Shown one piece after another: positions 10,895-19,035 of a DNA stretch of 37,080 nucleotides. The position numbers and the translations under genes were made by a program. The notes under the pieces were generated by a model, which was not told where the DNA came from, did not search any database, and saw only the letters and a program-made list of their open reading frames with translations. Numbering within the stretch: the stretch's first letter is position 1; each line of letters opens with the position of its first letter. The stretch spans positions 1 to 37,080 of the forward strand of contig JBIIKE010000001.1 in assembly GCA_044233365.1 (NCBI GenBank), read 5' to 3'. This DNA comes from Bdellovibrionales bacterium (lineage in GTDB: Bacteria; Patescibacteriota; Patescibacteriia; UBA9570; XYC2-FULL-38-9).

Positions 10895-10976
10895 TGCCGG
10901 AGAGAGGACTCGAACCTCCACGGATTGCTCCACCTGCTCCTAAGGCAAGCGTGTATACCAATTTCACCACTCCGGC
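10895..10976 (-). tRNA. tRNA-Leu (anticodon UAG), no encoded CCA
   Basis: Minus strand GCCGGAG TG GTGAAATTGGTATACAC G CTTGC CTTAGGA GCAGG TGGAGCAATCCGT GGAGG TTCGAGT CCTCT CTCCGGC A. Confidence 0.9.
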
Positions 10977-10992
10977 GGAAAAATGTTTTTGT

Positions 10993-11021
10993 AGCCTATC
11001 TCGATTTCGCTCGCACGTCAA
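10993..11021 (-). promoter_or_regulatory. Candidate tRNA-Leu promoter TTGACG-17-TAGGCT
   Basis: Minus strand: -35 at 11016-11021 and -10 at 10993-10998, with a 17-nt spacer. It sits back-to-back with a plus-strand TTGACG. Confidence 0.35.
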
Positions 11022-11025
11022 AGGC

Positions 11026-11054
11026 TTGACGACTGTTTTGAGAATACGCATACT
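11026..11054 (+). promoter_or_regulatory. Candidate promoter TTGACG-17-CATACT for the lamin-tail-domain gene
   Basis: -35 at 11026-11031 and -10 at 11049-11054. TACTAT and TATATA alternatives lie immediately downstream. Confidence 0.35.
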
Positions 11055-11064
11055 ATATACGGAC

Positions 11065-11101
11065 ACATCCTCTGCAGCGCGCGCTCTAAGGATGTTTTTT
11101 T
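11065..11101 (+). promoter_or_regulatory. Terminator/attenuator-like hairpin plus T7 run abutting the start codon
   Basis: ACATCCT (11065-11071) pairs with AGGATGT (11089-11095), enclosing the palindrome AGCGCGCGCT. TTTTTTT follows, then the ATG at 11102. The 3' arm contains the only SD-like AAGGA of this gene. Confidence 0.4.
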
Positions 11102-13465
11102 ATGCCTGATTTTATAAAAAGGTTGAGGACAATCGGTTTTATTTTTATTTTGTGCTTTCTAGTGTGGCCAAGCATTACACAAGCAGTTATTTTACAATGT
11201 CAGTATATTGACGAAGCGACTGGCGAGGTCGTCGAAGATCCAACGGTTATTCCACCAACAATGGAGACTGAACCTGACGAAACCGAAGAGGGTGAGGGTC
11301 CGGCCCCTGAAACTACGCTGGTGAATATCCAATTATCTGAATTGTATCCAGCGCCAGTTGCTGGGCAAGAAGAATTTATTGAATTGTACAATCCGAACGA
11401 TCAGGCAATTTCTGTGAACGGACTCAAACTCACTGACGCCTCTGGTAAAACGTTCACAATTTCTGAAGCAACAATTGAGTCAACTTCTGTGGCCGCGCAT
11501 TCATATCTTGTTTTGCCGTACAGCACAACCAAAATCATTTTGAATAATAGTGGAGACACCGTCATTATTACTAATGAGAGTGGGGCGATTCTCGACCAAA
11601 CAACATATGCCTCTGCGCTTTCTGGGTTTAGTTGGTCACGACACATTGGCATTACTGATCCAGAGACACGCTGGGACTGGACGAGTCTTGTGACCCAAGG
11701 TACGGCGAATATGTTTGTGGAAGATGAGGCTAATGCGGAACCAGTCGCGCAACAATTAGCACTCACACAAGAGCCAGTACCAACAACCCAACCAACTGGT
11801 GGAAGTCCAACTATTACCGCGCCGACTACTACGCAGCCGATTGCCGAAGACACACGCCAAACCGCAAGCACGATAAAAATAAACGAACTACTACCGAACG
11901 CAGTTGGCTCAGACACGAACACAGAATGGATTGAATTGGTAAATACTGGCAAAGAAGCTGTGCGCTTGATTGATTGGACCCTGAGTGATGCCTCAAAAAC
12001 CTATCCAATTGGTGATGTGACGTTGGGCGCTGGTGAGTTGTTGCTGCTCGAATCTTCAGCCACACGAATTTCATTAAATAACTCCGGTGAGACCGTGACA
12101 CTAACCGACCCATTTGATAGCGTCATTGATTCAGTTGAATATGGCGCTTCGACTGAAGGGCAATCGTATGCACGATTTAGTGATGCTTTTAGTTGGACCG
12201 CAGATCCGACGCCTGGCACGGCAAATAAACTTGTGAAAGTATCAGTGGTGGAGACAAAAAAATCAGATGATGGGGATGAGAAATCGACTGATGGGAGTAG
12301 CAGTTTGAAAAAAGTCGTTGCGCCAGCGAAGACTACAACGCCTACAAATGTGAAAAAGGTGGCAGCTGCAGTTGGTGGCCAGAAAACGAGCATTGCCGCA
12401 GCGAAAATTTTGGAAGAGGGTGCGGAAGTTGTCGTAAACGGTGTTGTGACGGCACTGCCTGGACAACTCGGGTCGCAATATTTTCTGCTGCAAGATGCGA
12501 GCGGCGGTGTGCAGGTGTATTCGTATGCCAAATTGTTTCCAGACTTGAAATTTGGAGATCGGGTGACGGTCAGTGGTGAAGTTGGTGTGTCGCGTGAGAC
12601 CAAGCGAGTGAAAATTACACAAGCGTCGGATATTGTTGTGAATGGCGCTGGTGAGGCTGTCGCTCCAAAGGCAGTTGATGAATTAAACGAAACACTTGAA
12701 GGTCAGTTAGTGCAAACGTCGTCGGTACTCGCGGAAAAATCTGGTTTGAATTGGAACTTGGACAATGGTGTGGTAGTTGGCTTGAAAGGAAGCAGTGGGG
12801 TTTCGAATAAAGATTTTAAGGAAGGAGGTAGCGTGACGGTTGTTGGAATTGTTGAGCAATCTGGTGGAAGTTATCGGATTGCACCAAGGCAGGCAGATGA
12901 TGTCAAAAGTGGCGGTGGTGATGCGGCGGAAGATACTGGCGCTGAAGCTGAGAAAGACGACGCAGCATCTGCAATCGCTGGCAAAAATAGTGGGGACGGA
13001 GCTGCAAATGGAAGTGTAGTGACAACAAAAAAAGCTTCGGGAAATAAAACTGACGGAAAAAGCGCGGCAGAGTCTGGTGATTCGGCATTGGTGATGAATG
13101 TAAAAAATCATCCGTGGATGAGTTTGGGGATTTTGTTGACGGTTGTGGCTGCACTGCTGTATTTCATTCGTCGCAATTGGAATGAACTTGAACAAAAAGA
13201 TTGGATGAAACGATTACTCAGAAATCCACGTGTTGCGAAAATTGTTGAACAGTTAAAAACAAAAGGGTGGTTGCCGAAGTCAGAAGCAGTCGATGAATCA
13301 AACTCACAAGAATCAAGTGAACAAAAAGTGCAGCTCAGCTCAATACTACAATTTCACAATACAGCCAGCACGGCTCGTCAAAATGATTCGCAGGCCGTCA
13401 ATATTATTGACGACGACGGTGTATTTTATGCACTTTCTGAGCAATTTCGTCAACGACCATCTTAA
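11102..13465 (+). CDS. Large surface protein: two lamin-tail domains, an OB-fold-like domain and a C-terminal TM anchor
   Basis: N-terminal signal/TM segment. Two LTD signatures (LSELYPAPVAGQEEFIELYNPNDQAISVNGLKLTD and INELLPNAVGSDTNTEWIELVNTGKEAVRLIDWTLSD). An OB-like segment (VVVNGVVTALPGQLGSQYFLLQDASGGVQVY). TM helix MSLGILLTVVAALLYFI. Confidence 0.8.
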   Translation: MPDFIKRLRTIGFIFILCFLVWPSITQAVILQCQYIDEATGEVVEDPTVIPPTMETEPDETEEGEGPAPETTLVNIQLSELYPAPVAGQEEFIELYNPNDQAISVNGLKLTDASGKTFTISEATIESTSVAAHSYLVLPYSTTKIILNNSGDTVIITNESGAILDQTTYASALSGFSWSRHIGITDPETRWDWTSLVTQGTANMFVEDEANAEPVAQQLALTQEPVPTTQPTGGSPTITAPTTTQPIAEDTRQTASTIKINELLPNAVGSDTNTEWIELVNTGKEAVRLIDWTLSDASKTYPIGDVTLGAGELLLLESSATRISLNNSGETVTLTDPFDSVIDSVEYGASTEGQSYARFSDAFSWTADPTPGTANKLVKVSVVETKKSDDGDEKSTDGSSSLKKVVAPAKTTTPTNVKKVAAAVGGQKTSIAAAKILEEGAEVVVNGVVTALPGQLGSQYFLLQDASGGVQVYSYAKLFPDLKFGDRVTVSGEVGVSRETKRVKITQASDIVVNGAGEAVAPKAVDELNETLEGQLVQTSSVLAEKSGLNWNLDNGVVVGLKGSSGVSNKDFKEGGSVTVVGIVEQSGGSYRIAPRQADDVKSGGGDAAEDTGAEAEKDDAASAIAGKNSGDGAANGSVVTTKKASGNKTDGKSAAESGDSALVMNVKNHPWMSLGILLTVVAALLYFIRRNWNELEQKDWMKRLLRNPRVAKIVEQLKTKGWLPKSEAVDESNSQESSEQKVQLSSILQFHNTASTARQNDSQAVNIIDDDGVFYALSEQFRQRPS

Positions 13466-13475
13466 AGTCAGGCGC

Positions 13476-13501
13476 GAAAAAAGGATGCGCGGGCCATCCT
13501 T
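13476..13501 (-). terminator. Rho-independent terminator for the GC-rich ORF 13545..14216
   Basis: AAGGATG (13481-13487) / CATCCTT (13495-13501) with GC-rich loop cgcgggc. On the minus strand it is followed by UUUUUU (complement of the a-run 13477-13482). Confidence 0.55.
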
Positions 13502-13544
13502 ATACTCCCCCTCAAATTTCTGAACCAGCCCTAGCTGCAGGCGG

Positions 13545-14216
13545 CTACTTTGCCGCGGCCGCCAGCTTACGTTCTCGCTGGGCGAGCACAACCTGGTGGC
13601 ACTGCCACGCAATCTTGTGGATATCACTTCGCGAGAGCGCTGGCATTGATCGCTTGCACTTGAACGGCATTACCTCCTGGAGCAGGAGGTGGATGCCGAG
13701 CACCGATCGAAGATCTTCGCCGAACAAAAATCTCAGATGCTTTTCCACCAAAGGGGGGAACGCACTGAAATCAAGGTCGATGTCTTCAACCTCAGCGTCA
13801 GGCAAGTGCAAGCGCAGAGCATCACGACCACCGATTTCCACCAACTCATCGGTGAACTTGGTGATCGCGGCAAGAGCTTCTTCAATATCGCTTAAGGCAA
13901 CAACGCGATCTTGAAGAAGCTGAAGCCTGGCACAGTGCAGTAGCACCGAGATGACCTCGCCAGGCATCGCGTTGCCGAACAACTTGTGCCACCGGAAGCG
14001 GTGCCACTCGTCGCAGAGCATGCGAACCCGTTTGGCGTCTCCAGAGCGCCACCGAAAGATCTTCGAACGATCTTCCGGTATAGGGTGGTGACCACTGAAC
14101 ACAGTCACGGGCCTTGCCTTGGGAGTCACCTTGGTTCTACGACGTGTCTTTGGACTCTCCTTTTGCCGATAGCCTTTTGGCCATCGCTGCCCAGGACCCC
14201 GACCACGACCTCTCAT
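13545..14216 (-). CDS. Orphan 223-aa protein with an Arg/Gly/Lys-rich N-terminal tail (GC-rich island gene)
   Basis: GGAGG lies 4 nt upstream of the ATG and the gene has its own downstream terminator. MRGRGRGPGQRWPKGYRQKESPKTRRRTKVTPKARP is followed by a probably helical body with Cys/His/Trp clusters (CDEWHRFRWH, WQCHQ). No family recognised. It is the longest ORF in the island. Confidence 0.55.
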   Translation of the reverse strand: MRGRGRGPGQRWPKGYRQKESPKTRRRTKVTPKARPVTVFSGHHPIPEDRSKIFRWRSGDAKRVRMLCDEWHRFRWHKLFGNAMPGEVISVLLHCARLQLLQDRVVALSDIEEALAAITKFTDELVEIGGRDALRLHLPDAEVEDIDLDFSAFPPLVEKHLRFLFGEDLRSVLGIHLLLQEVMPFKCKRSMPALSRSDIHKIAWQCHQVVLAQRERKLAAAAK

Positions 14217-14352
14217 GCGGCCTCCATGGGTAAAAGGTGCAAAGTTGCCACCAGCATACTAACAATTAAACTTTTTGTCGAATAAAAGTACTCAATCTTA
14301 GCCAGCAAATCACAGCTGGCACGGATTCTTGCGGTCTGTTAGTATCACATAT

Positions 14353-17091
14353 ATGAAAAAACTCCTTATTATCGACGCTCACGCCCTTATTCACCGCGCC
14401 TATCACGCGCTTCCGCCACTCACAACCAGTAACGGAACACCAGTCGGCGCGGTGTATGGTTTTTTACTGATGACAATCAACGCTTTAAAAGACATGAAGC
14501 CAGAAGGCGTTGTTGTCTGTTTTGATTCAAAAGGTCCAACCTTTCGCCACAAACAATTCAAAGACTACAAAGGCACACGCAAAGAAACTGACCCTGATCT
14601 TGTTGCGCAATTTCCGCTCGTTGAAGAAGTAGTAAAAGCATTTGGATTTCCGGTTTTTAAAGTCAGTGGATTTGAAGCAGACGATCTCATTGGCACTATT
14701 TCCACAACTGTTTCGAAAACAAAAAAAACTGATGCAATTATTTTAACTGGCGACATGGATTTGTTGCAGCTCGTCAACGCGCACACGAAAGTATTGCGTC
14801 TTAAAAAAGGCGTAAAAGACATGGAATTATTTGACCGCAAGGCCGTAGAAGCAACTTATGGATTTACTCCTGAACAAGTGATTGAATACAAAGGCTTGCG
14901 TGGTGATACATCAGACAACATTCCAGGTGTTAAAGGCATTGGCGAAAAAGGCGCGACTGAATTATTGAAAGAATTTGGAACTGTTGAACATATTTATAAA
15001 AATCTCGAAAAAATAACTGGTCGCAATCGCAAAGCATTAGAAGGTCAGCAAGACCAAGCCGAAATGTCGCGCGAGCTCGCCACAATCATGTGTGATGCGC
15101 CGATTGAATTTTCTCTCGAAGACGCAAAGATTGGCAAATATAATCAAACAAAAATTCACGCGCTATTTCGAGAGTGGGAATTTCACTCACTGTTGAAACA
15201 GTTGCCGACGCTGCCAGGGTTCCAGAAAAAAGAAGGGCTATTTGCTGAACCAGAAACGGATGAAGAAAAAGCAGAAAACGCAAAACCGATTGATGCAACA
15301 TCGAATTATCGGATGCTCGTGAGTGAAGATGAAATTGGAGCGGCCATGAAAGAGTGTGCGCAAGCTGAGGTGATTGCGGTTGATACAGAAACAACCAGCC
15401 TGTCTGCGGTAAGCGCGGATTTAGTTGGCGTTAGTATTTCATGGAAAGAAGGCGATGGTGTCTATATTCCGTGCATGAATGAAAAAGGTGTGGTGACAGT
15501 CCCAGTGGCACTCCAAAAAATGCTAGAAGACGCAGCGATCAAAAAATCTGGGCATAACATTAAATATGATATTGAAGTACTGCATCATGCTGGCGTGCGG
15601 ATTGCCGGCGTGGTATTTGATTCAATGATCGCGTCGTATATTTTAAATAGTAGTAGCCGCGGCCATGGCCTTGATGCACTCGCGTTTGCATTGTTCGATT
15701 ATGAAATGCAGCCAATTGATGAATTGATTGGAAAAGGTAAAGCGCAAATTTCAATGGCAGATGTGGCACCAGAAAAAGTTGCCTGGTACGCAGCTGAAGA
15801 TGCAGATTTTTCGCTACGGCTCTACAACCACTTTGCGCCGAAGATCAAAAAAGACGGCTACGAACGATTATTTTACGACATTGAAATGGGAACGCTGTTT
15901 GCGCTCGTGCCAATGGAAGAGGCGGGTGTGAAAATTGACGTACCATTTTTGCACGACATGAGCAAAGATCTGCACAAACGCATCGCGATTCTTGATCGTG
16001 AAATTCAAGAGATGGCTGGCGCGCAGTTTAATGTTGGCAGCCCAGTGCAGCTAAAAGAAATTTTGTTCGACAAGATGAAAATCTCGACTGACAAAATTAA
16101 AAAAACAAAAACTGGCTTTTCCACTGCCGCTTCTGAGCTCGAGAAACTGCGTGGACTGCATCCGATTATTGATAAGATTTCTGAATTTCGTGAACTCAAA
16201 AAACTTACATCGACATATATCGACACTTTACCGACACTGATCAATCCAGAAACTGGTCGGATTCACACATCGTATAATCAAACAATTGCGGCAACTGGTC
16301 GCTTGAGCTCGACGGATCCGAATCTGCAAAATATTCCAATTCGCACTGAGCTTGGTCGGCAAATTCGAAAAGCGTTTATTGCAGACAAGGGTCATTCGTT
16401 AGTGTCGCTCGATTATTCGCAGATTGAATTGCGCGTGGTGGCACATTTGAGCGGCGATCCAGTCATGACTGAAGCCTTTCAAAACGGTGAGGATATTCAC
16501 ACAAAAACTGCAGCGGAATTAAATGATGTGCCAATGGACAAAGTGACATCTGATATGCGGCGCGCATCCAAAGCCATTAACTTTGGCATTCTCTACGGAA
16601 TGGGTGTTCAAGGAATTATGCGCGATTCAGGGATTTCCCGCGATGAAGCTCGGATGTTTTTGGATAAATATTTTTCTGTGCACTCAGGAATTCATGACTA
16701 TATTGCGCGCATCAAAGCAGAAACGGAAGAATCGGGCTATGCTGAAACGATGTTTGGTCGCAAACGCTACCTTCCAGACATTCAAGGGAAGAATCCAATG
16801 CTGAAAGCGGCAGCGGAACGGGCGGCTGTGAATATGCCAGTCCAAGGAACAGCCGCAGACATCATGAAACTCGCCATGATCAAAGTTGGTACAGCCATTG
16901 AAGCTGGAAAAATCGATGCGCGGATGTTGCTCCAGGTGCATGATGAACTTGTTTTTGAAATTGAAGATTCAAAAGTGAAATCAGAAACACCGAAGATTCA
17001 AAAAATTATGCAAGAAGTTGTTGAGCTGTCTGTCCCGCTCGATGTGGATGTTGAATACGGAAAAAATTGGGGTGATCAAGAAGAGTTATGA
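14353..17091 (+). CDS. polA: DNA polymerase I (5'-3' exonuclease, 3'-5' exonuclease and polymerase domains)
   Basis: MKKLLIIDAHALIHRAYHA..., GVKGIGEKGA, the exo domain VAVDTETTSL, and polymerase motifs DYSQIELRV, RRASKAINFGILYG and QVHDELVFE. Start set at the ATG at 14353; the track's 14329 is a TTG. Confidence 0.95.
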   Translation: MKKLLIIDAHALIHRAYHALPPLTTSNGTPVGAVYGFLLMTINALKDMKPEGVVVCFDSKGPTFRHKQFKDYKGTRKETDPDLVAQFPLVEEVVKAFGFPVFKVSGFEADDLIGTISTTVSKTKKTDAIILTGDMDLLQLVNAHTKVLRLKKGVKDMELFDRKAVEATYGFTPEQVIEYKGLRGDTSDNIPGVKGIGEKGATELLKEFGTVEHIYKNLEKITGRNRKALEGQQDQAEMSRELATIMCDAPIEFSLEDAKIGKYNQTKIHALFREWEFHSLLKQLPTLPGFQKKEGLFAEPETDEEKAENAKPIDATSNYRMLVSEDEIGAAMKECAQAEVIAVDTETTSLSAVSADLVGVSISWKEGDGVYIPCMNEKGVVTVPVALQKMLEDAAIKKSGHNIKYDIEVLHHAGVRIAGVVFDSMIASYILNSSSRGHGLDALAFALFDYEMQPIDELIGKGKAQISMADVAPEKVAWYAAEDADFSLRLYNHFAPKIKKDGYERLFYDIEMGTLFALVPMEEAGVKIDVPFLHDMSKDLHKRIAILDREIQEMAGAQFNVGSPVQLKEILFDKMKISTDKIKKTKTGFSTAASELEKLRGLHPIIDKISEFRELKKLTSTYIDTLPTLINPETGRIHTSYNQTIAATGRLSSTDPNLQNIPIRTELGRQIRKAFIADKGHSLVSLDYSQIELRVVAHLSGDPVMTEAFQNGEDIHTKTAAELNDVPMDKVTSDMRRASKAINFGILYGMGVQGIMRDSGISRDEARMFLDKYFSVHSGIHDYIARIKAETEESGYAETMFGRKRYLPDIQGKNPMLKAAAERAAVNMPVQGTAADIMKLAMIKVGTAIEAGKIDARMLLQVHDELVFEIEDSKVKSETPKIQKIMQEVVELSVPLDVDVEYGKNWGDQEEL

Positions 17092-18032
17092 TTATCGTGT
17101 TATTGGGCCCAGACAGTTTTCGCAAACGCGAGCGTATTCAGGTGCTGCGCGACGCATTTGTAAAAAAATTTAACGCACCAGATTCAGCCGTGAGTGATTT
17201 GAGCGGCGATGAAGCATCGATTCAACAAATTCAACTCGCACTCGCGGGTGGCGACCTCTTTTCAACAAAAAAATTTGTGGTGTTACGATCAGTTTTTTCG
17301 TTGAAAGACGATGATCAAGCAACGTTGCTTGGATTACTCCAAAAATTATCCGATGATGTGATTTGCGTGCTTGCAGTAGATAGCTTTCCTGCGAAAAAAT
17401 CTGAACTAAAAACTTTTTTAGAGACCGCGGATAAAACCGAACAGTTTCCAGCCCTCACCGTTTTTGAAGCGACCGATTACGTTCAAAATATCTGCCGTAT
17501 ACACGGCATTCACATTGACCAAGCAGTCGCTCGACTGCTCGCGGAAGGTTTTCATGAAGATAGCTGGCAACTACACCTGCGAACCAAAGCGCTCTGCTTC
17601 CAAGTCAAAGGTGACGCAACGCCGACAATCACAAAAGACCACGTCCTTGCCATTCTCCCCGAAGATACGCAAGAAAACTTCTTTGCACTCACCGATGCGA
17701 TCACTGCACGGAATCCGCAACTCATCGCCGAGCTCGTTCACAAACACCTCTCCGAAGGAGCTGCAATTCAACTTCTCACAACAATTATTTTCAAACATCT
17801 GACGTTGCTCCGAATTTTTGTTGGACAACCAACTACTGAACTGAAAGGCATCCATTCATTCGTCCAGCAAAAAGCCAAAGACGGCGCCAAAAAATATGCC
17901 GACACTGAAATTGCCACGGCAATGAACGAGCTCATTCAGCTCGATGTTGACAGTAAGTCTGGCAAACTCCCTGATCCCGAATCCAGACTACTCCTCATCC
18001 TCACAAATCTGTGTACCAAAAAACCGGCCTGA
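17088..18032 (+). CDS. holA: DNA polymerase III delta subunit
   Basis: ATGA overlap with polA. 314 aa. The N-terminus MIIVLLGPDSFRKRERIQVL and the overall helical layout are typical of HolA. The assignment rests on family resemblance and context. Confidence 0.7.
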   Translation: MIIVLLGPDSFRKRERIQVLRDAFVKKFNAPDSAVSDLSGDEASIQQIQLALAGGDLFSTKKFVVLRSVFSLKDDDQATLLGLLQKLSDDVICVLAVDSFPAKKSELKTFLETADKTEQFPALTVFEATDYVQNICRIHGIHIDQAVARLLAEGFHEDSWQLHLRTKALCFQVKGDATPTITKDHVLAILPEDTQENFFALTDAITARNPQLIAELVHKHLSEGAAIQLLTTIIFKHLTLLRIFVGQPTTELKGIHSFVQQKAKDGAKKYADTEIATAMNELIQLDVDSKSGKLPDPESRLLLILTNLCTKKPA

Positions 18033-18045
18033 GCCGGTTTTTTCT
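18017..18045. terminator. Bidirectional terminator between the convergent holA and rpsT
   Basis: aaaaAACCGGC ctga GCCGGTTtttttc: an A-run before and a T-run after a 7-bp GC-rich stem. Confidence 0.7.
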
Positions 18046-18046
18046 A

Positions 18047-18310
18047 TTACGCTTTTTTTGCTTTCGCTGATTTTGCAACTTGCGCTTTTAAACGAGACGC
18101 TTTGTTTGGGTGAATGACATTACGCTTTGCTGCTTTGTCGAGCGCTTTTTGCGCTTTCACCACTAACGCTTCAACGTCTTTCGCACCTTCCTTTAAAGCG
18201 TGTTCCAAGTTCTTCATCGCTTCTTTGATTGCTTTACGCTTTACGTTATTGAGCGCTGTACGTTTTTTTGTTTGACGGATTGCTTTACGTGAATTGGCTT
18301 TATTTGCCAT
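18047..18310 (-). CDS. rpsT: 30S ribosomal protein S20
   Basis: MANKANSRKAIRQTKKRTALNNVKRKAIKEAMKNLEHAL...: typical S20 sequence, composition and length (87 aa). Confidence 0.9.
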   Translation of the reverse strand: MANKANSRKAIRQTKKRTALNNVKRKAIKEAMKNLEHALKEGAKDVEALVVKAQKALDKAAKRNVIHPNKASRLKAQVAKSAKAKKA

Positions 18311-18611
18311 AAGAATAAATAGGTAGAATGATAATAATTGTTTGGGACAATTTGTATATAGAATTTGAGAGCCTCAAAACACTACCAAACAATAATAGAA
18401 ATTGCAACTACCTTGACCAAGGTGCAATGCATAGTGAAAAACACTTGCGTCTGAGAATAAGCAGTGAGACTGGAATGTGCCGTGCGCTTGGAAGATCACC
18501 TCCCTGCTTTTTGAAAGCAACGAGGCGAACCGTCCACAACGCTGCCAGACACGCTACTATTCTCGGGCTTTTCTTTTATTCAAAGTATAAAACCTTGGTG
18601 ATGTGGTGCAG

Positions 18612-18655
18612 CATGTTTTCAAAACTCAGCACGCATGCTGTTCTTTGAAAACATG
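18612..18655. other. 44-nt near-perfect hairpin in non-coding DNA
   Basis: CATGTTTTCAAA (18612-18623) pairs with TTTGAAAACATG (18644-18655). An inner stem CAGCA/TGCTG has a 4-nt loop. No U-run follows on either strand. Confidence 0.5.
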
Positions 18656-18706
18656 GCCTGCCAGAACACGAAGAATCGTACCTAACAGACGTGACGACGC
18701 ACTCAC

Positions 18707-18979
18707 TCAGCCAATACCTCCCCTGTCTCGGACAATCTGTTGCCAAGACGGGCCGTGGAAGGCCGTACGAATCGCATGCACCCACTCAGACTCGCCGGGC
18801 CGTCGAGCCAACGAAGCATCCCTAGTCGCCCACTCCTGAGCGACGAGCTGAGGCCCCACCTCTGCGGGGCCATGCGATGCTGCGCACGCCTCTGCGATAC
18901 GAGCCCTAATCCGCAGCTCATCAATACTTGGCGCGGCAAACAAGTCTATTCTTTTTTGACCGTCAGAGTCATGTGACAA
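18707..18979 (-). CDS. Orphan 90-aa ORF in a GC-rich patch (coding status uncertain)
   Basis: GAGGAGGTG lies 11 nt upstream of the ATG (GGAGG ends 13 nt upstream). MSHDSDGQKRIDLFAAPSIDELRIRARIAEACAASHGPAEVGPQLVAQEWATRD.... Sampled lines in 18781-18900 are 65-68% GC. No family recognised. Confidence 0.35.
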   Translation of the reverse strand: MSHDSDGQKRIDLFAAPSIDELRIRARIAEACAASHGPAEVGPQLVAQEWATRDASLARRPGESEWVHAIRTAFHGPSWQQIVRDRGGIG

Positions 18980-19035
18980 AGTGCACCTCCTCTATGTCTA
19001 TAGAGACTAACAAACTACAAAAATATGTCTAGCCT

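Noticed and set aside
11200-13195. Long antisense ORFs (63-200 aa) opposite the lamin-tail-domain gene. Similar cases lie opposite uvrB (19469..20170), tyrS and rny.
   Set aside because: Their Ser/Thr/Cys-rich low-complexity translations mirror the sense-strand codon bias. None has an SD, promoter or domain signature.
14317-14332. Sigma-54-like TGGCAC...TTGC upstream of polA
   Set aside because: The GG-to-GC spacing is one nucleotide too long (11 rather than 10 intervening nt). No sigma-54 or enhancer-binding protein is evident in the window, and the motif is better read as part of the TAGTAT promoter region.
18494-18503. GATCACCTCC, identical to the conserved 3' tail of 16S rRNA
   Set aside because: The flanking sequence has none of the 16S helix 44/45 features and the region is far too short. 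It is more likely the complement of an SD-like GGGAGGTGATC within a hairpin.
18612-18655. The inverted repeats could be the a1/a2 arms of a retron msr-msd, or a type III TA repeat
   Set aside because: No reverse transcriptase, effector ORF or tandem repeats lie anywhere nearby. The arms enclose only 20 nt.
18751-18780. GGCCGTACGAATCGCATGC, resembling a group II intron domain V core
   Set aside because: The partner strand needed for the 34-nt DV hairpin is absent (GGCCGT occurs as a direct repeat, not inverted), there is no intron-encoded protein, and the stretch lies in frame within the 90-aa ORF.
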